A stretch of 64,000 nt of DNA from an uncultured Trueperaceae bacterium (GTDB taxonomy: Bacteria > Deinococcota > Deinococci > Deinococcales > Trueperaceae), in the NCBI GenBank assembly GCA_963727505.1, contig CAVSGP010000009.1, positions 288,001 through 352,000 of the forward strand, written 5' to 3'. Shown in pieces: positions 22,319 through 31,804 of this stretch; the first letter of the stretch is position 1, and each line of letters opens with the position of its first letter. The notes beneath the pieces are model-generated. The model saw only the letters and a program-made list of their open reading frames with translations, searched no databases and was not told where the DNA came from. A program made the position numbers and the translations under genes.

Positions 22319-23589
22319 CGTGCTCCGCCCCCGGCGTTCCGGGCCGTGCGGAGGTCCTCGCCGAGGTCTGTGCCGAGGTCCGCGCCGATGGCGTCGAGGA
22401 GCGCCGCCGCTGCGCCGGGGCGCGGCATGGTGGTTTGCAGGCGCTGCCTGCGCCGCTCCCGGTCGGACGCGTCGCGCCACAGCGTCAGCGTGCGATCGGC
22501 GACGGCGTCCGGGTCGAGGCGTCCGCTGAGCTCCAGCATCAGGTCCTCGCCCGTGAAGCGATTGGGCAGCGAGACCGGTACCGAAAGGCCCTCGACCCAG
22601 AGGCGGACCGCATAACGCTTCAGGTAGCGCCCGACGCCGGGGACGAGCCCCAGCCAGTGCCCCGCCCCTTCCAGCGGGATCACCTCGGGGCGGTTGAGCG
22701 GTAGCAGCACGACGCTCGGCACACCGGCGACGCCCAGTTCCAGGGTGTTGGTTCCAGGGATGGTCACCGCCAGGTCGGCCGCGCGCATGTGCGCGTAGCG
22801 TTCCTCCTCCGGGACCATCTCGATCACGGCGCCCGATGGCGTGAGCACGCGGTCTCCGTCGCGCTTTCCTGCCACGCCGCCGAGGGTGGCTGCCTCGCGC
22901 CCGGCGATGCCGTCGGCGATGGTGACGTCGGTGAGCAGGCGGCTCACCGGCCACACGAAGCGCGCTTGCGGCAGTGCCGTGGCGAGCCGGTCGACGAGCG
23001 CGATGAAGAAGGGGATGAGATGCACCGAGAATCCGTCACGGCTGCCGGGGAAGAGAACCACGTGTGGCGAGCCGGGGTCCTCCGCGGGCGCGTCGAGTTG
23101 CACGGCGTCGGCCACCAGGTTGCCGACCACCTGCACGCGGTCGGCCGGGGCGCCGCTGCGGCGCGCCCTGCGCGCGATCCGCTCGTCGGGCACGAAAAGG
23201 ACGCTGAGCCCGCGGCTCCAGCCCGGCTCGAAGCTGTAGCGGTAGGCGGGTCGGCCGAGTCGTCTGGCGAGGCTCACGGCCATGCCGGCGTTGCCCCCCA
23301 GGCTGAGGACGAAGCCGGTCCGGTCGCCCGCTTCGGAGCGCTCGAGGCCGGCAGGAAGGCCGCCCGTGGCGGTGGCCCGCACGTACTGCGCCGGTGACGT
23401 CACCACGTCGGCGCCGAAGCCGCCTGCGATGGCGGTCTCGTGACCGCTGGCGAACTGGCAGGGGATGAGACTGATGCCCACGCGCATACCGGGCGCGCGG
23501 CTGCGTAGCTCCCGCAGCACGGGGCGCACCCAGGTGTAGAGCTCGCCGGGCCCGTTGGCGACCAGCACGGCCTCGACGGGCATGCTCAA
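22315..23589 (-). CDS. LpxB-like (lipid A disaccharide synthase-related) GT-B glycosyltransferase
   Basis: ANGPGE N-terminal motif, VVGNL, LFPGSR, AVTIPGTNTLEL, VSLPN; directly downstream of lpxA. Confidence 0.72.
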   Translation of the reverse strand: MSMPVEAVLVANGPGELYTWVRPVLRELRSRAPGMRVGISLIPCQFASGHETAIAGGFGADVVTSPAQYVRATATGGLPAGLERSEAGDRTGFVLSLGGNAGMAVSLARRLGRPAYRYSFEPGWSRGLSVLFVPDERIARRARRSGAPADRVQVVGNLVADAVQLDAPAEDPGSPHVVLFPGSRDGFSVHLIPFFIALVDRLATALPQARFVWPVSRLLTDVTIADGIAGREAATLGGVAGKRDGDRVLTPSGAVIEMVPEEERYAHMRAADLAVTIPGTNTLELGVAGVPSVVLLPLNRPEVIPLEGAGHWLGLVPGVGRYLKRYAVRLWVEGLSVPVSLPNRFTGEDLMLELSGRLDPDAVADRTLTLWRDASDRERRRQRLQTTMPRPGAAAALLDAIGADLGTDLGEDLRTARNAGGGAR

Positions 23590-24371
23590 CCCCCGACCGC
23601 GAAGCGCGCGATGCCCCGCTTGGTGGTGTCGGCGAAATCCACCAGGCGGCGAACGTCGGCGCTGCCAAGGGCGAGCTCGTCGAGGCGCTCCCGGTCACGC
23701 CGCCGGAGTGCCCGCACGGCCTGCTCCAACGCCCGGTAGCGCTCGCCGTCGATCCCGTTCCGGCCGAGCCCGACGCGGTTGAGGCGGTAGTGGCGGACGG
23801 GGTTGCCGCGCGCCATGGTGAACGGCAGCACGTCCATGTTGCCGGCGCTGGCGGCGCCGAACATGGCGTACTCGCCCACGCGGCAGAACTGGTGGATGAG
23901 CGCGTTCGAGCCGAGGACCGCGTGGTGGCCGATCTCGCTGTGCCCGCCGAGCTGCACCGCGGTGGTGAGCACGCAGTTCCGTCCGACGCAACTGTTGTGC
24001 GACACGTGCACGTAGCTCATCAGAAGGCTTCCGGCGCCGACCGTCGTCTGGTCCCCCTCGCCGGTCGCGCGGTGCACCGTCACGAACTCGCGCACGGTGA
24101 CGTCGTCCTCGATCACCGCGAGAGTATCCTCGCCGGCGAAGTGGCTGTCCATGGGGAGACCGCCTACCACGGCGTACGGTCCCAGGCGGCAGCGCGCGCC
24201 GACCCGGCTACCGTCGTGCAACACGGTGCCCGTCAGCAACGCGCTGGCCGCTCCCACCTCGACGTTGGCCTCCACCACCACCCCGGGACCGACCCGCACA
24301 TCGGGGGCCAGTCGGGCGTCGGGGTGGACGTGGGCGCTGGGATGGACGGTGGCGGTGGCGGAGACGGTCAC
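23586..24371 (-). CDS. lpxA: UDP-N-acetylglucosamine acyltransferase
   Basis: Hexapeptide repeats, VREFVTVHRAT, YVHVSHN, GGHSEIG, IHQFCRVG, LNRVGLGR. Confidence 0.93.
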   Translation of the reverse strand: MTVSATATVHPSAHVHPDARLAPDVRVGPGVVVEANVEVGAASALLTGTVLHDGSRVGARCRLGPYAVVGGLPMDSHFAGEDTLAVIEDDVTVREFVTVHRATGEGDQTTVGAGSLLMSYVHVSHNSCVGRNCVLTTAVQLGGHSEIGHHAVLGSNALIHQFCRVGEYAMFGAASAGNMDVLPFTMARGNPVRHYRLNRVGLGRNGIDGERYRALEQAVRALRRRDRERLDELALGSADVRRLVDFADTTKRGIARFAVGG

Positions 24372-24386
24372 GGCCTCATCCTGGGG

Positions 24387-24809
24387 TCAGCGGGCGTACA
24401 TGAAGGAGAGGGTGGCCTCGGCGGCGACCTCGTCCCCCACCAGGGCCTTGGCGGCCACCTTGCACAGGCCGCGACGGAACAGCAGGATCTCGCCCGTGAG
24501 TCGGAGACGGTCTCCTGGCACCACCTTGCGCCGGAACTTGGCGCCTTCGATGGCCGCCAGGTAGCCGGCCTGGCCCGTGCCTGCCGTCCCCTCGCGCACG
24601 CTGAGGCCCACGGCAGCGGCCTGGGCAAGGGCTTCCACGATGAGCACGCCGGGCATGACCGGCTCGTCGGGGAAGTGCCCCTGGAAGTACGGTTCGCCGT
24701 GGCTCACGTTCTTGACGCACTCGAAGGCGTCGCCCTCCTGGGACACGAAGGCGTCCACCAGCAGGAAGGGAAAGCGGTGGGGAAGGATGGCACGGACGTC
24801 CACGCTCAT
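24387..24809 (-). CDS. fabZ: 3-hydroxyacyl-ACP dehydratase
   Basis: LPHRFPFLLVD, YFQGHFP, MPGVLIVEALAQ, KFRRKVVPGD. Confidence 0.96.
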   Translation of the reverse strand: MSVDVRAILPHRFPFLLVDAFVSQEGDAFECVKNVSHGEPYFQGHFPDEPVMPGVLIVEALAQAAAVGLSVREGTAGTGQAGYLAAIEGAKFRRKVVPGDRLRLTGEILLFRRGLCKVAAKALVGDEVAAEATLSFMYAR

Positions 24810-24887
24810 GCGGGTAGTCTATCGCAGCCCTCGTCGTGGGCCGCGCGACCTGGACCCCGGTGGTGCGGGCTCGCTCCGGGTGCGGAC

Positions 24888-25853
24888 TCAGACCAGGACG
24901 GGGTGGTGCTCGCTACGGATCTTCTCGAGCAGGCGCGTCGCGAGTTCGAGCGACCGCAGGTCGTCGTCGAGCGTGCCGATGGGGTCGGCGTCGCGGCGGA
25001 TGCGCGCCAGGAAGTGCTCCAGCTCCTTGCGCAAGGGATTGTCCTCGTGCACGACGTGCCGGTCCAGTTGCACGTGACCGGTGTCGGAGCTGGCGTTGGG
25101 TTGCCGGTAGATGGCGATCTCGGTGTAGGGTTCCTTCGCGAAGTCGAGCCGCATCGTCTGATGCGGCTCAGACACGACGAGGCTGCGCTCGGCGTCGGGC
25201 GCGACGCGGCTCGCCAGGAAGCGTGCGATGCAACCGCCCTCGAACGTGATCTGGGCGGCCGCGACGTCCTCCAGGGGGGTGCCGTTGAGGGCGCGGCCGA
25301 CGACGCTGATCTCGGCCGGCGCGGCCGGGATGAGCCGCAGCACGATGTCGAGATCGTGGATCATCAGGTCCAGCACGACGCCGACGTCCTTGATGCGGGC
25401 GTAGGGGACCATGCGCCGCGCCTCGATCAGGTAGGGTTGGCGGACCTGCTCGCCCAGCAGCTGCACGGCTCGATAGAAACGCGTGATGTGCCCCACCTGG
25501 AGCACCAGGCCGAGGCGGCGGGAGAGCGACGCCAGTTCGCGCGCCTGGGTCACGTCGGTAGCGACCGGCTTCTCCACGAGCACATGAACGCCCGCTTCCA
25601 GCAGACGTTTGGTGACGGAGAAGTGGAGACTGGTGGGTACGGCCACGCTGGCCGCATCGAACGACTCGGCCGCCAGCAGCTCGTCAAGCGAGGCATGGGC
25701 CCGGCAAGCGAACGAGGAACGCGCCTCGGCGCGTCGCTCCGGATCGGGATCGGCGACGGCGACGAGCTTCACGTGTGGGAGGGCGGCGTAGTTGTTGGCG
25801 TGGAAGCGCCCCATCACGCCCGCGCCGACGACCGCGACCCGCAAGGCCTTCAT
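24888..25853 (-). CDS. Gfo/Idh/MocA oxidoreductase (GnnA/WlbA-like)
   Basis: VVGAGVMGRFH, VPTSLH, HVLVEKP, VGHITRFY, DVGVVLDLMIHDLD, ASRV. Confidence 0.88.
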   Translation of the reverse strand: MKALRVAVVGAGVMGRFHANNYAALPHVKLVAVADPDPERRAEARSSFACRAHASLDELLAAESFDAASVAVPTSLHFSVTKRLLEAGVHVLVEKPVATDVTQARELASLSRRLGLVLQVGHITRFYRAVQLLGEQVRQPYLIEARRMVPYARIKDVGVVLDLMIHDLDIVLRLIPAAPAEISVVGRALNGTPLEDVAAAQITFEGGCIARFLASRVAPDAERSLVVSEPHQTMRLDFAKEPYTEIAIYRQPNASSDTGHVQLDRHVVHEDNPLRKELEHFLARIRRDADPIGTLDDDLRSLELATRLLEKIRSEHHPVLV

Positions 25854-26635
25854 CGTGCCAGGCCCGCACTCGTCGTGGGTCGTAGAAGCTCATTCATCAG
25901 AGCGACATGGAGGGCGTGCGAACCACGCCAGAAGGTAACCCGAGCTTCGAGCGGTCGACCGAGTAAGAACAGATCCCCCAGAGCGTCGAGGGCCTTGTGA
26001 CGCACCGGTTCGTTCTCCGCGCGCAAGGGTACCAGCGGGCCCTCCTCGTCAAAGACGATAGCATTTTCCAGGTTGGCGCCGGCAGCGAAGCCTCTCGCGC
26101 GCAACGCCTCGACGTCCGACAGCAGGCCGAAGGTGCGGGCGTCGACCAGTTCGGGATAGCGCGCCGGGTCGCCGCACCAGTGCTGTTCACCGATCGCGGG
26201 GTGCTCGAAGGCGATGCCGCAGCACAGCCGCGCTGCGCCGGGCACGAGCTCGGCGCGCGCGTCGCCGATCGCGACGGTGACGGCCCGGTCGGGCCGCACG
26301 GGTTTCGGGGGCGGGGGAGGCGCCGGCAGTTCGCCCAGCAGGTCGTACCAGACCCGGGCCGAGCCGTCGAGGATGGGGAGCTCCGCGGCCGAGGCCTCGA
26401 TCACCAGACCGGACCAGAATCCCCTCATCGCCAGGGCGGCCAGCAGATGCTCGACCACGCCGACGCGCTCGCCGCCTGCGCCGAGCGTGGTGGCGCGGCG
26501 ACTGTCGACCACCGCGTCGAGGGTCGCGGGGATGATGCGATCGCCGCGTCGGAAGCGCACCGGCCCGTCCTCGCGGTGCAGCGTCACGCGGCAGTGGGCG
26601 CCGCCATGGACGCCCGTGCCCTCAACGCTCCGCAT
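25850..26635 (-). CDS. lpxC: UDP-3-O-acyl-GlcNAc deacetylase
   Basis: [58 protein letters not shown]. Confidence 0.94.
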   Translation of the reverse strand: MRSVEGTGVHGGAHCRVTLHREDGPVRFRRGDRIIPATLDAVVDSRRATTLGAGGERVGVVEHLLAALAMRGFWSGLVIEASAAELPILDGSARVWYDLLGELPAPPPPPKPVRPDRAVTVAIGDARAELVPGAARLCCGIAFEHPAIGEQHWCGDPARYPELVDARTFGLLSDVEALRARGFAAGANLENAIVFDEEGPLVPLRAENEPVRHKALDALGDLFLLGRPLEARVTFWRGSHALHVALMNELLRPTTSAGLAR

Positions 26636-27641
26636 CGCGCCCCTTCACCGCCTGCCAGATGCGCTCGAGCCTGCCCAGAAGGTACAGCCCACGCACCCAA
26701 CGCCGGTAGGGCTGGGCGGGGAAGCCCGCCCAGGTCTCACCGTCGGGAACGTCCTTGGTGACTCCGGCACGCCCGGCGATACGGACGTCGGCTCCGATCG
26801 TGACGTGATCCGCGACGGCGACGTAGCCGCCGAGGATCGTGCGATCGCCGACGCTGCTGCTGCCGCCGATGCCGGTCATGCCGGCGATCAGGCAGTCGCT
26901 CCCGATCACCACGTTGTGCCCGATCTGGCAGTGGTTGTCGATCTTGCTGCGGGACCCGATCCGGGTCGGGTCCAGCGTGCCGCGATCGACGGCGCTGTTC
27001 GCGCCGATCTCGACGTCGTCGCCGATGACGACGCCGCCGAGATGGTGGATCTTGCTCGCGCCTCCGTCGCCGGGGGCGTAACCGAAGCCGTCCGCTCCGA
27101 CGACGCAGCCGCTGTGGAGCTCCACGCGTTCGCCCAGCACCACGCCGTCGTAGACGACCACGCCCGCATGCAAGCGGCACGCCCTCCCCAGGTGCGTGCC
27201 GGCGCCGATCGTGCAGTGCGGTCCGATGCGCGTCCCCGGTCCGATCTCGGCGCCTGCCTCGATGACGCTGTGGGGGCCTATGGCAACGTCCTCGCCGAGG
27301 GAGGCGTCGGCCGCCACCACCGCCGTCGCGTGCACGCCGGGTGGCGCATCGGGGCGACGGTCGAACAGCGCGCTGAGTAGCGCCAGCGCCCGGCGTGGGT
27401 CGTCGACCCGGATCGCTGCGCAGGAGGGAGGATCGGCGAGCTCTAGGGCGCGGGGTAGCACCACGGCGGCAGCGCCGTTCGCCAGGGCCCGCGCCAGGTC
27501 GTCGGCGGTGGCGACTACGACGACGGTGTCGGGTCCGGCGCCATCGGCCGAAGCGAGGCGCCGGACGAACGCGGTCGGGCCCTCGACAGCTCCCTGCAGC
27601 TTGGTGGCAAGCGTGGCGCTGTCGTATGCAGGTGCGGTCAT
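26622..27641 (-). CDS. lpxD: UDP-3-O-acylglucosamine N-acyltransferase
   Basis: Hexapeptide repeats, [38 protein letters not shown]. Confidence 0.95.
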   Translation of the reverse strand: MTAPAYDSATLATKLQGAVEGPTAFVRRLASADGAGPDTVVVVATADDLARALANGAAAVVLPRALELADPPSCAAIRVDDPRRALALLSALFDRRPDAPPGVHATAVVAADASLGEDVAIGPHSVIEAGAEIGPGTRIGPHCTIGAGTHLGRACRLHAGVVVYDGVVLGERVELHSGCVVGADGFGYAPGDGGASKIHHLGGVVIGDDVEIGANSAVDRGTLDPTRIGSRSKIDNHCQIGHNVVIGSDCLIAGMTGIGGSSSVGDRTILGGYVAVADHVTIGADVRIAGRAGVTKDVPDGETWAGFPAQPYRRWVRGLYLLGRLERIWQAVKGRDAER

Positions 27642-29617
27642 GACGTTCCCCCTCCGGTGGCGTTCGCCGCCGACCCGCCGTCGCCATTGGGCTTGGGACC
27701 CTCGGGCGCCGGGGGTGGTGTTCCCGTCGGCGGTTGGTGGAGGTCCGGTGGCTGCGGGCCGGGACCGCTCGGCGCTTCGCCGCCGCTCCCATCCGGCCCC
27801 GTCGGCGTCTGCGCCGGCGTGGCTGCCGTGTTCTGGACGGTGACGTCGACGGTGCGGGTGCCGGTGACGACGAACGGCAGCGACAACCGCCCAAGGCGGT
27901 GCGTGTTGCCGTCGTTGTCGGGCGCCTCGACCACCAGCTCGCTGGCCTGGGGTTTCTGGCGCAGGGCGTCGAGCAACTCCAGGAACGAGCGTGGCCGGTT
28001 CTTCGTCTGCGGCTTGGCGGCACTCTCCTTGGGCGTGACGTCCCCGCCGCGTACGGTCAGCGCGACCGTCCCGCTGGCGCCTTCGGGGAGCTTGACGCTC
28101 AACGTCTTCACCACCGGGTCCTGGCGGTAGGGCTGGAGTCGCACGTGCAGCACCACCGACGTCCCCGGTCCGACGATGGGGTTCTCGGCCACGGCGTCGA
28201 CGATCTCGCCCGTGCTGCGCTGGCTGGAGAGGCGCACGTTGATCGTGACGGCCGACACGCCGGGCGCCCGGAACACGTTCGTCGCCAGCGTCTGCAGGGG
28301 GCTACCGATCAGCTGCGCGGCGACCTTGGCGATGTCGTTCGGGTCGTCGGCCTGCTCGACGAGATTGAGCCTGTCGCCGGCGGCGAGATCGATCTCCCAA
28401 CCGATCTGAGCGTAGCCGCCGGTGGTCTCGGCAAGGCTGCGGTCGATGAGTTGCTGGCTGGCGGCGGCGGCGAGATGCGGATAGAGGCGTTCGTCGGCGG
28501 CCATCTCCTCGTGGTAGGTGGTGCTGCCGGCCGGGGCGTCGACCGTCAACGTCATCGGGATCATGGCGGGTCCGTCTCCGAGGGTGCCTGCCACGGCGGC
28601 GGGACGGTCCTGCACGATGGTGCCGAGTGGCTTCTGGCCGCTGTTGGCGAGCTTGAAGGGCACCACCGAGCTGGACACCACCGCGGTCACGTACGCCGGC
28701 GCCATCGGTAGCGCTACGCTGCCGATGCCGAGGAGTGGGTGGCCGAAGGCGAGCACGTGGTCGCCTTCGATCGCGGTCACCGTGCCCACTGCCCCGATGG
28801 TGACGTCCCCCCGGGCCAGCTCCACGCTGATGGGACTGCCGGGCTCGAGGGTGTACGGCGGGGTGTCGCCCGCCGGCAACGAGCCCGACGCCTGGGCAGG
28901 GAAGGGAGTGAGGCGCGTGGCGCGGAACAGTGGCGCCAGCAGGTCGGCCGCTCGTGGGTCCACGCCCGACAGCAGGATGGGTGTCGACGCCGGTACGGCG
29001 AGACCCAGGCCCGCCACCGCCACGGGTCCGTTGGGCGGGCCGTGCGCGCTATCCGTGGCGGCCTTTCGCATCACGGCGATGGGGGTGATCATCGCCAGGT
29101 GATGATCGGCCGACGGGAAGACGTAGCTCACGGCGCCCAGCAGGCGCGGTCCGTCGACGGTGGAGAGGTAGACCGGGCTGCCACTCATGCCCGCGGACAC
29201 GCCGCCGCTGGTGTCGATGAAGTCGCCCGAGGCGCGCACGAGCACCAGCGGGAAGCCGGGCCCGGCGTCGGACTGGATCGACAGCACGGTGACCGCGAAG
29301 CGGACCAGCGCGTTGCCGGGCCCGGCGGTGAGGCCGTAGCCCTTCATGCCGGCCTCGACCTGCGCGAGGGGCAGGTCCGGCGCCGCCGCCGGCGGCGCCG
29401 CCGCTCCGGACGCCGGTGGGAACACCCAGCTCCCTACCAGCAGCAGTGCGAGGCCAAGGAGCGTCGCATGCCAGCGGGCAACGTCCGGCTTCCGGGGGGC
29501 CCGCGTGGCGGCACCTCGGCGGCTGCTCCACGCCGGCGGCCCCCGCCGCCAGGATGCACAGCACGCGAACGCGCACCGTAGCGTGCGGGTGCGCGGCGCC
29601 GTTCGGCGGCCCGCCAT
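27638..29617 (-). CDS. SpoIVB-like peptidase S55 domain protein (exported; start uncertain)
   Basis: [47 protein letters not shown]; Pro-rich C-terminal tail. Confidence 0.82.
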   Translation of the reverse strand: MAGRRTAPRTRTLRCAFACCASWRRGPPAWSSRRGAATRAPRKPDVARWHATLLGLALLLVGSWVFPPASGAAAPPAAAPDLPLAQVEAGMKGYGLTAGPGNALVRFAVTVLSIQSDAGPGFPLVLVRASGDFIDTSGGVSAGMSGSPVYLSTVDGPRLLGAVSYVFPSADHHLAMITPIAVMRKAATDSAHGPPNGPVAVAGLGLAVPASTPILLSGVDPRAADLLAPLFRATRLTPFPAQASGSLPAGDTPPYTLEPGSPISVELARGDVTIGAVGTVTAIEGDHVLAFGHPLLGIGSVALPMAPAYVTAVVSSSVVPFKLANSGQKPLGTIVQDRPAAVAGTLGDGPAMIPMTLTVDAPAGSTTYHEEMAADERLYPHLAAAASQQLIDRSLAETTGGYAQIGWEIDLAAGDRLNLVEQADDPNDIAKVAAQLIGSPLQTLATNVFRAPGVSAVTINVRLSSQRSTGEIVDAVAENPIVGPGTSVVLHVRLQPYRQDPVVKTLSVKLPEGASGTVALTVRGGDVTPKESAAKPQTKNRPRSFLELLDALRQKPQASELVVEAPDNDGNTHRLGRLSLPFVVTGTRTVDVTVQNTAATPAQTPTGPDGSGGEAPSGPGPQPPDLHQPPTGTPPPAPEGPKPNGDGGSAANATGGGTS

Positions 29618-29619
29618 CG

Positions 29620-30657
29620 CTAGCGGCGGAGGAAGTTGTCGGAGATCAGTGCGTCGCGCAGCACGTGGATCATGTCGAGCGCCTGACCGGTGCCGAGCGC
29701 CACCGCGTCGATGGCGTTGTCGGCCACCACGACCGGGATGCCGGTGGTCTGCCGGAGCAGCTCGTCGAAGTTGCGCAGCAGCGAACCGCCCCCGGTCATG
29801 ATGATGCCACGGTCGATGACGTCGGACACGAGCTCGGGCGGGGCCAGCTCGAGCACCCGGCGGACGCCGTCGGCGATCTTCTGGATCGGTTCGCGCAGGG
29901 CCTCCACCGTGTCCTCGGTGGTGACCTTGATGGTCTTGGGCAGGCCGTTGATGAGGTCGCGGCCGCGCACATCGAGCTCGCGGTTGTCCTCGGGGCCCCT
30001 CACCACGGCGGCGCCGACGCGCATCTTGACTTCCTCGGCGGTCCGCTCGCCGATGAGGAGGTTCTCCTTGTGCCGGATGTGCCGGATGATGGCCTCGTCG
30101 AACTCGTTGCCCGCGATGCGCAGGCTCTCCGACACGACGATTCCGCCCAGACTGATGATGGCGATGTCGGTGGTGCCGCCGCCGATGTCCACGATCATCG
30201 AGCCAGTGGGCTCGGCGATGGCGACCCCCGCTCCGATGGCGGCGGCCAGCGGCTCCTCGATCAGGAACGCCTTGCGGGCTCCGACCTCGCGGGTCGCCTG
30301 CAGCACGGCGCGGCGCTCCACCTCCGTGACGCCCGACGGGACGCACACCATGATGTGAGGCTTGAACAGGCGGCCGGGGCCGGTGATCACCTTGCGCACG
30401 AACGCCTTGAGCATCTTTTCGGTGAGGTCGTAGTCAGCAATGACGCCGTCACGCATGGGGCGGACGGCGACGATGTTGCCGGGCGTGCGGCCGAGCATCC
30501 TGTAGGCCTCGTCACCAACCGCCTTCACATCGCCGGTATCCCGGACCATGGCGATCACCGAGGGCTCTCGGAGCATGATGCCCTTGCCCTTGACGTAAAT
30601 CAGGACGGTGGCCGTCCCTAGATCGACTCCGATCTCCTGTCCCAACCTGAAGAACAT
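29620..30657 (-). CDS. mreB: Rod shape-determining protein MreB
   Basis: GVDLGTA, EPSV, RPMRDGVIAD, PSGVTEVERRAV, EEPLAAAIGAG, DIGGGTTD, TGGGSLL. Confidence 0.97.
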   Translation of the reverse strand: MFFRLGQEIGVDLGTATVLIYVKGKGIMLREPSVIAMVRDTGDVKAVGDEAYRMLGRTPGNIVAVRPMRDGVIADYDLTEKMLKAFVRKVITGPGRLFKPHIMVCVPSGVTEVERRAVLQATREVGARKAFLIEEPLAAAIGAGVAIAEPTGSMIVDIGGGTTDIAIISLGGIVVSESLRIAGNEFDEAIIRHIRHKENLLIGERTAEEVKMRVGAAVVRGPEDNRELDVRGRDLINGLPKTIKVTTEDTVEALREPIQKIADGVRRVLELAPPELVSDVIDRGIIMTGGGSLLRNFDELLRQTTGIPVVVADNAIDAVALGTGQALDMIHVLRDALISDNFLRR

Positions 30658-30805
30658 GCTTTCTCCAACCCGAGCGGCCCTGATGCGATGGGTGCACAGC
30701 GACGGGGCAGTATACCCTTCTGGAGCGGTCGTGCGTCCCGGGCCAGCGCGGCCGGGACGCCGTCGGGGGGCGTGCCGGCCGGGACGCAGATCGCCCGGTG
30801 GCCCG

Positions 30806-31376
30806 CTACAGGTAGACCGCCTCCGCGGGATCCCCCAAGGCGGCCATGGATGCCGTCAGGGCCGCGTCAGGGCCACATCCCTCGATCACCCTGTCGGATC
30901 CGATGCGCTCGACCAGCGAGCTACGACTGAGTTTCTCGGTCGGATGGAGCGTCTCGAGACGAAGGTCGGTCGGGTCCTCCGGTCGGCGGTAGCGCGCGGC
31001 GTAGACGTTGCCGCGGCGGGCGTCGAGAGCGGCGATGCCGGACTCGCCCGGCAACAGGCCCGCAAGCGCCAGCGCCGCCAGCGTCGAGGCGCCGCCGAGG
31101 GGCACGCCCCATGCCCGCGCCAGACCCCGCCCGGTGGCGATGCCGACGCGCACTCCGGTGTAGGAGCCCGGTCCTACGCCGACCCCGATGCCCGTCACGA
31201 CCCCGGGGTCGTGACCGGGCGCGGGCGAACAAGCGCTCGATCTCGAGGACGATGCGTGCGGCGTGGTCCCTGCCCACGTCCTCGCGGTACTCGGCCAGCA
31301 GCCCGCGCTGGGCACTCCAGAGCGCCAGCGACAGGAAGCGCGTGGCGCTGTCGATGCCCAGATAGACGTGGCTCAC
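30806..31376 (-). CDS. tsaB: tRNA t6A protein TsaB, split by a one-base frameshift near 31217-31219
   Basis: YLGIDSAT...DHAARI in one frame; GVGVGPGSYTGVRVG...DARRGNVY in another; removing one G from the ggg at 31217-31219 gives one 189-aa ORF. Confidence 0.85.
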
Positions 31377-31804
31377 GCCTCCCATCCTAGCTGTCTGCCG
31401 GAGGCGTCGCGCAGCGTGGCGCGTCGCGCAGTGCCCTCACGTTCGAGCTCGAGCCAGAGCGCGTCCGGGTGGAGGGCGAGCAGCCCGGCCCCCCACTCCA
31501 CCACCACCAGCCGGGCGCGCTCGAGCGTCTCGTCGAGCCCGAGCTGCTCCAGCGTCGCGGCGTCGGGCAGACGATAGGCGTCGATATGCACCAGCACGCC
31601 CTGCGGTGTCGGGTACTCGTGCACCAGCGTGTAGGTGGGGCTGGTGACGGCTGCGTCGGAGCCCAGCGCCGCCACCAGGTAGCGCGTCAGGGTCGTCTTG
31701 CCGGCGCCGAGGGGCCCGGTGAGCACCAGCAAGGAACCGCCCGGCGCCCGTTGCAGCAGGCGCCGGGCGAGTGCGCGGGTGTCCTCAAGCGTGCGCAGGT
31801 CCAC
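31373..31804 (-). CDS. tsaE: tRNA t6A ATPase TsaE
   Basis: LTGPLGAGKTT, VTSPTYTLVHEY, HIDAYRL, VVEWG; start approximate. Confidence 0.92.
   Translation of the reverse strand: MDLRTLEDTRALARRLLQRAPGGSLLVLTGPLGAGKTTLTRYLVAALGSDAAVTSPTYTLVHEYPTPQGVLVHIDAYRLPDAATLEQLGLDETLERARLVVVEWGAGLLALHPDALWLELEREGTARRATLRDASGRQLGWEA

Noticed and set aside
27638..30346. 902-aa ORF read as a giant S55 protein
   Set aside because: The first ~240 codons overlap mreB out of frame; the real gene starts at or after 29617
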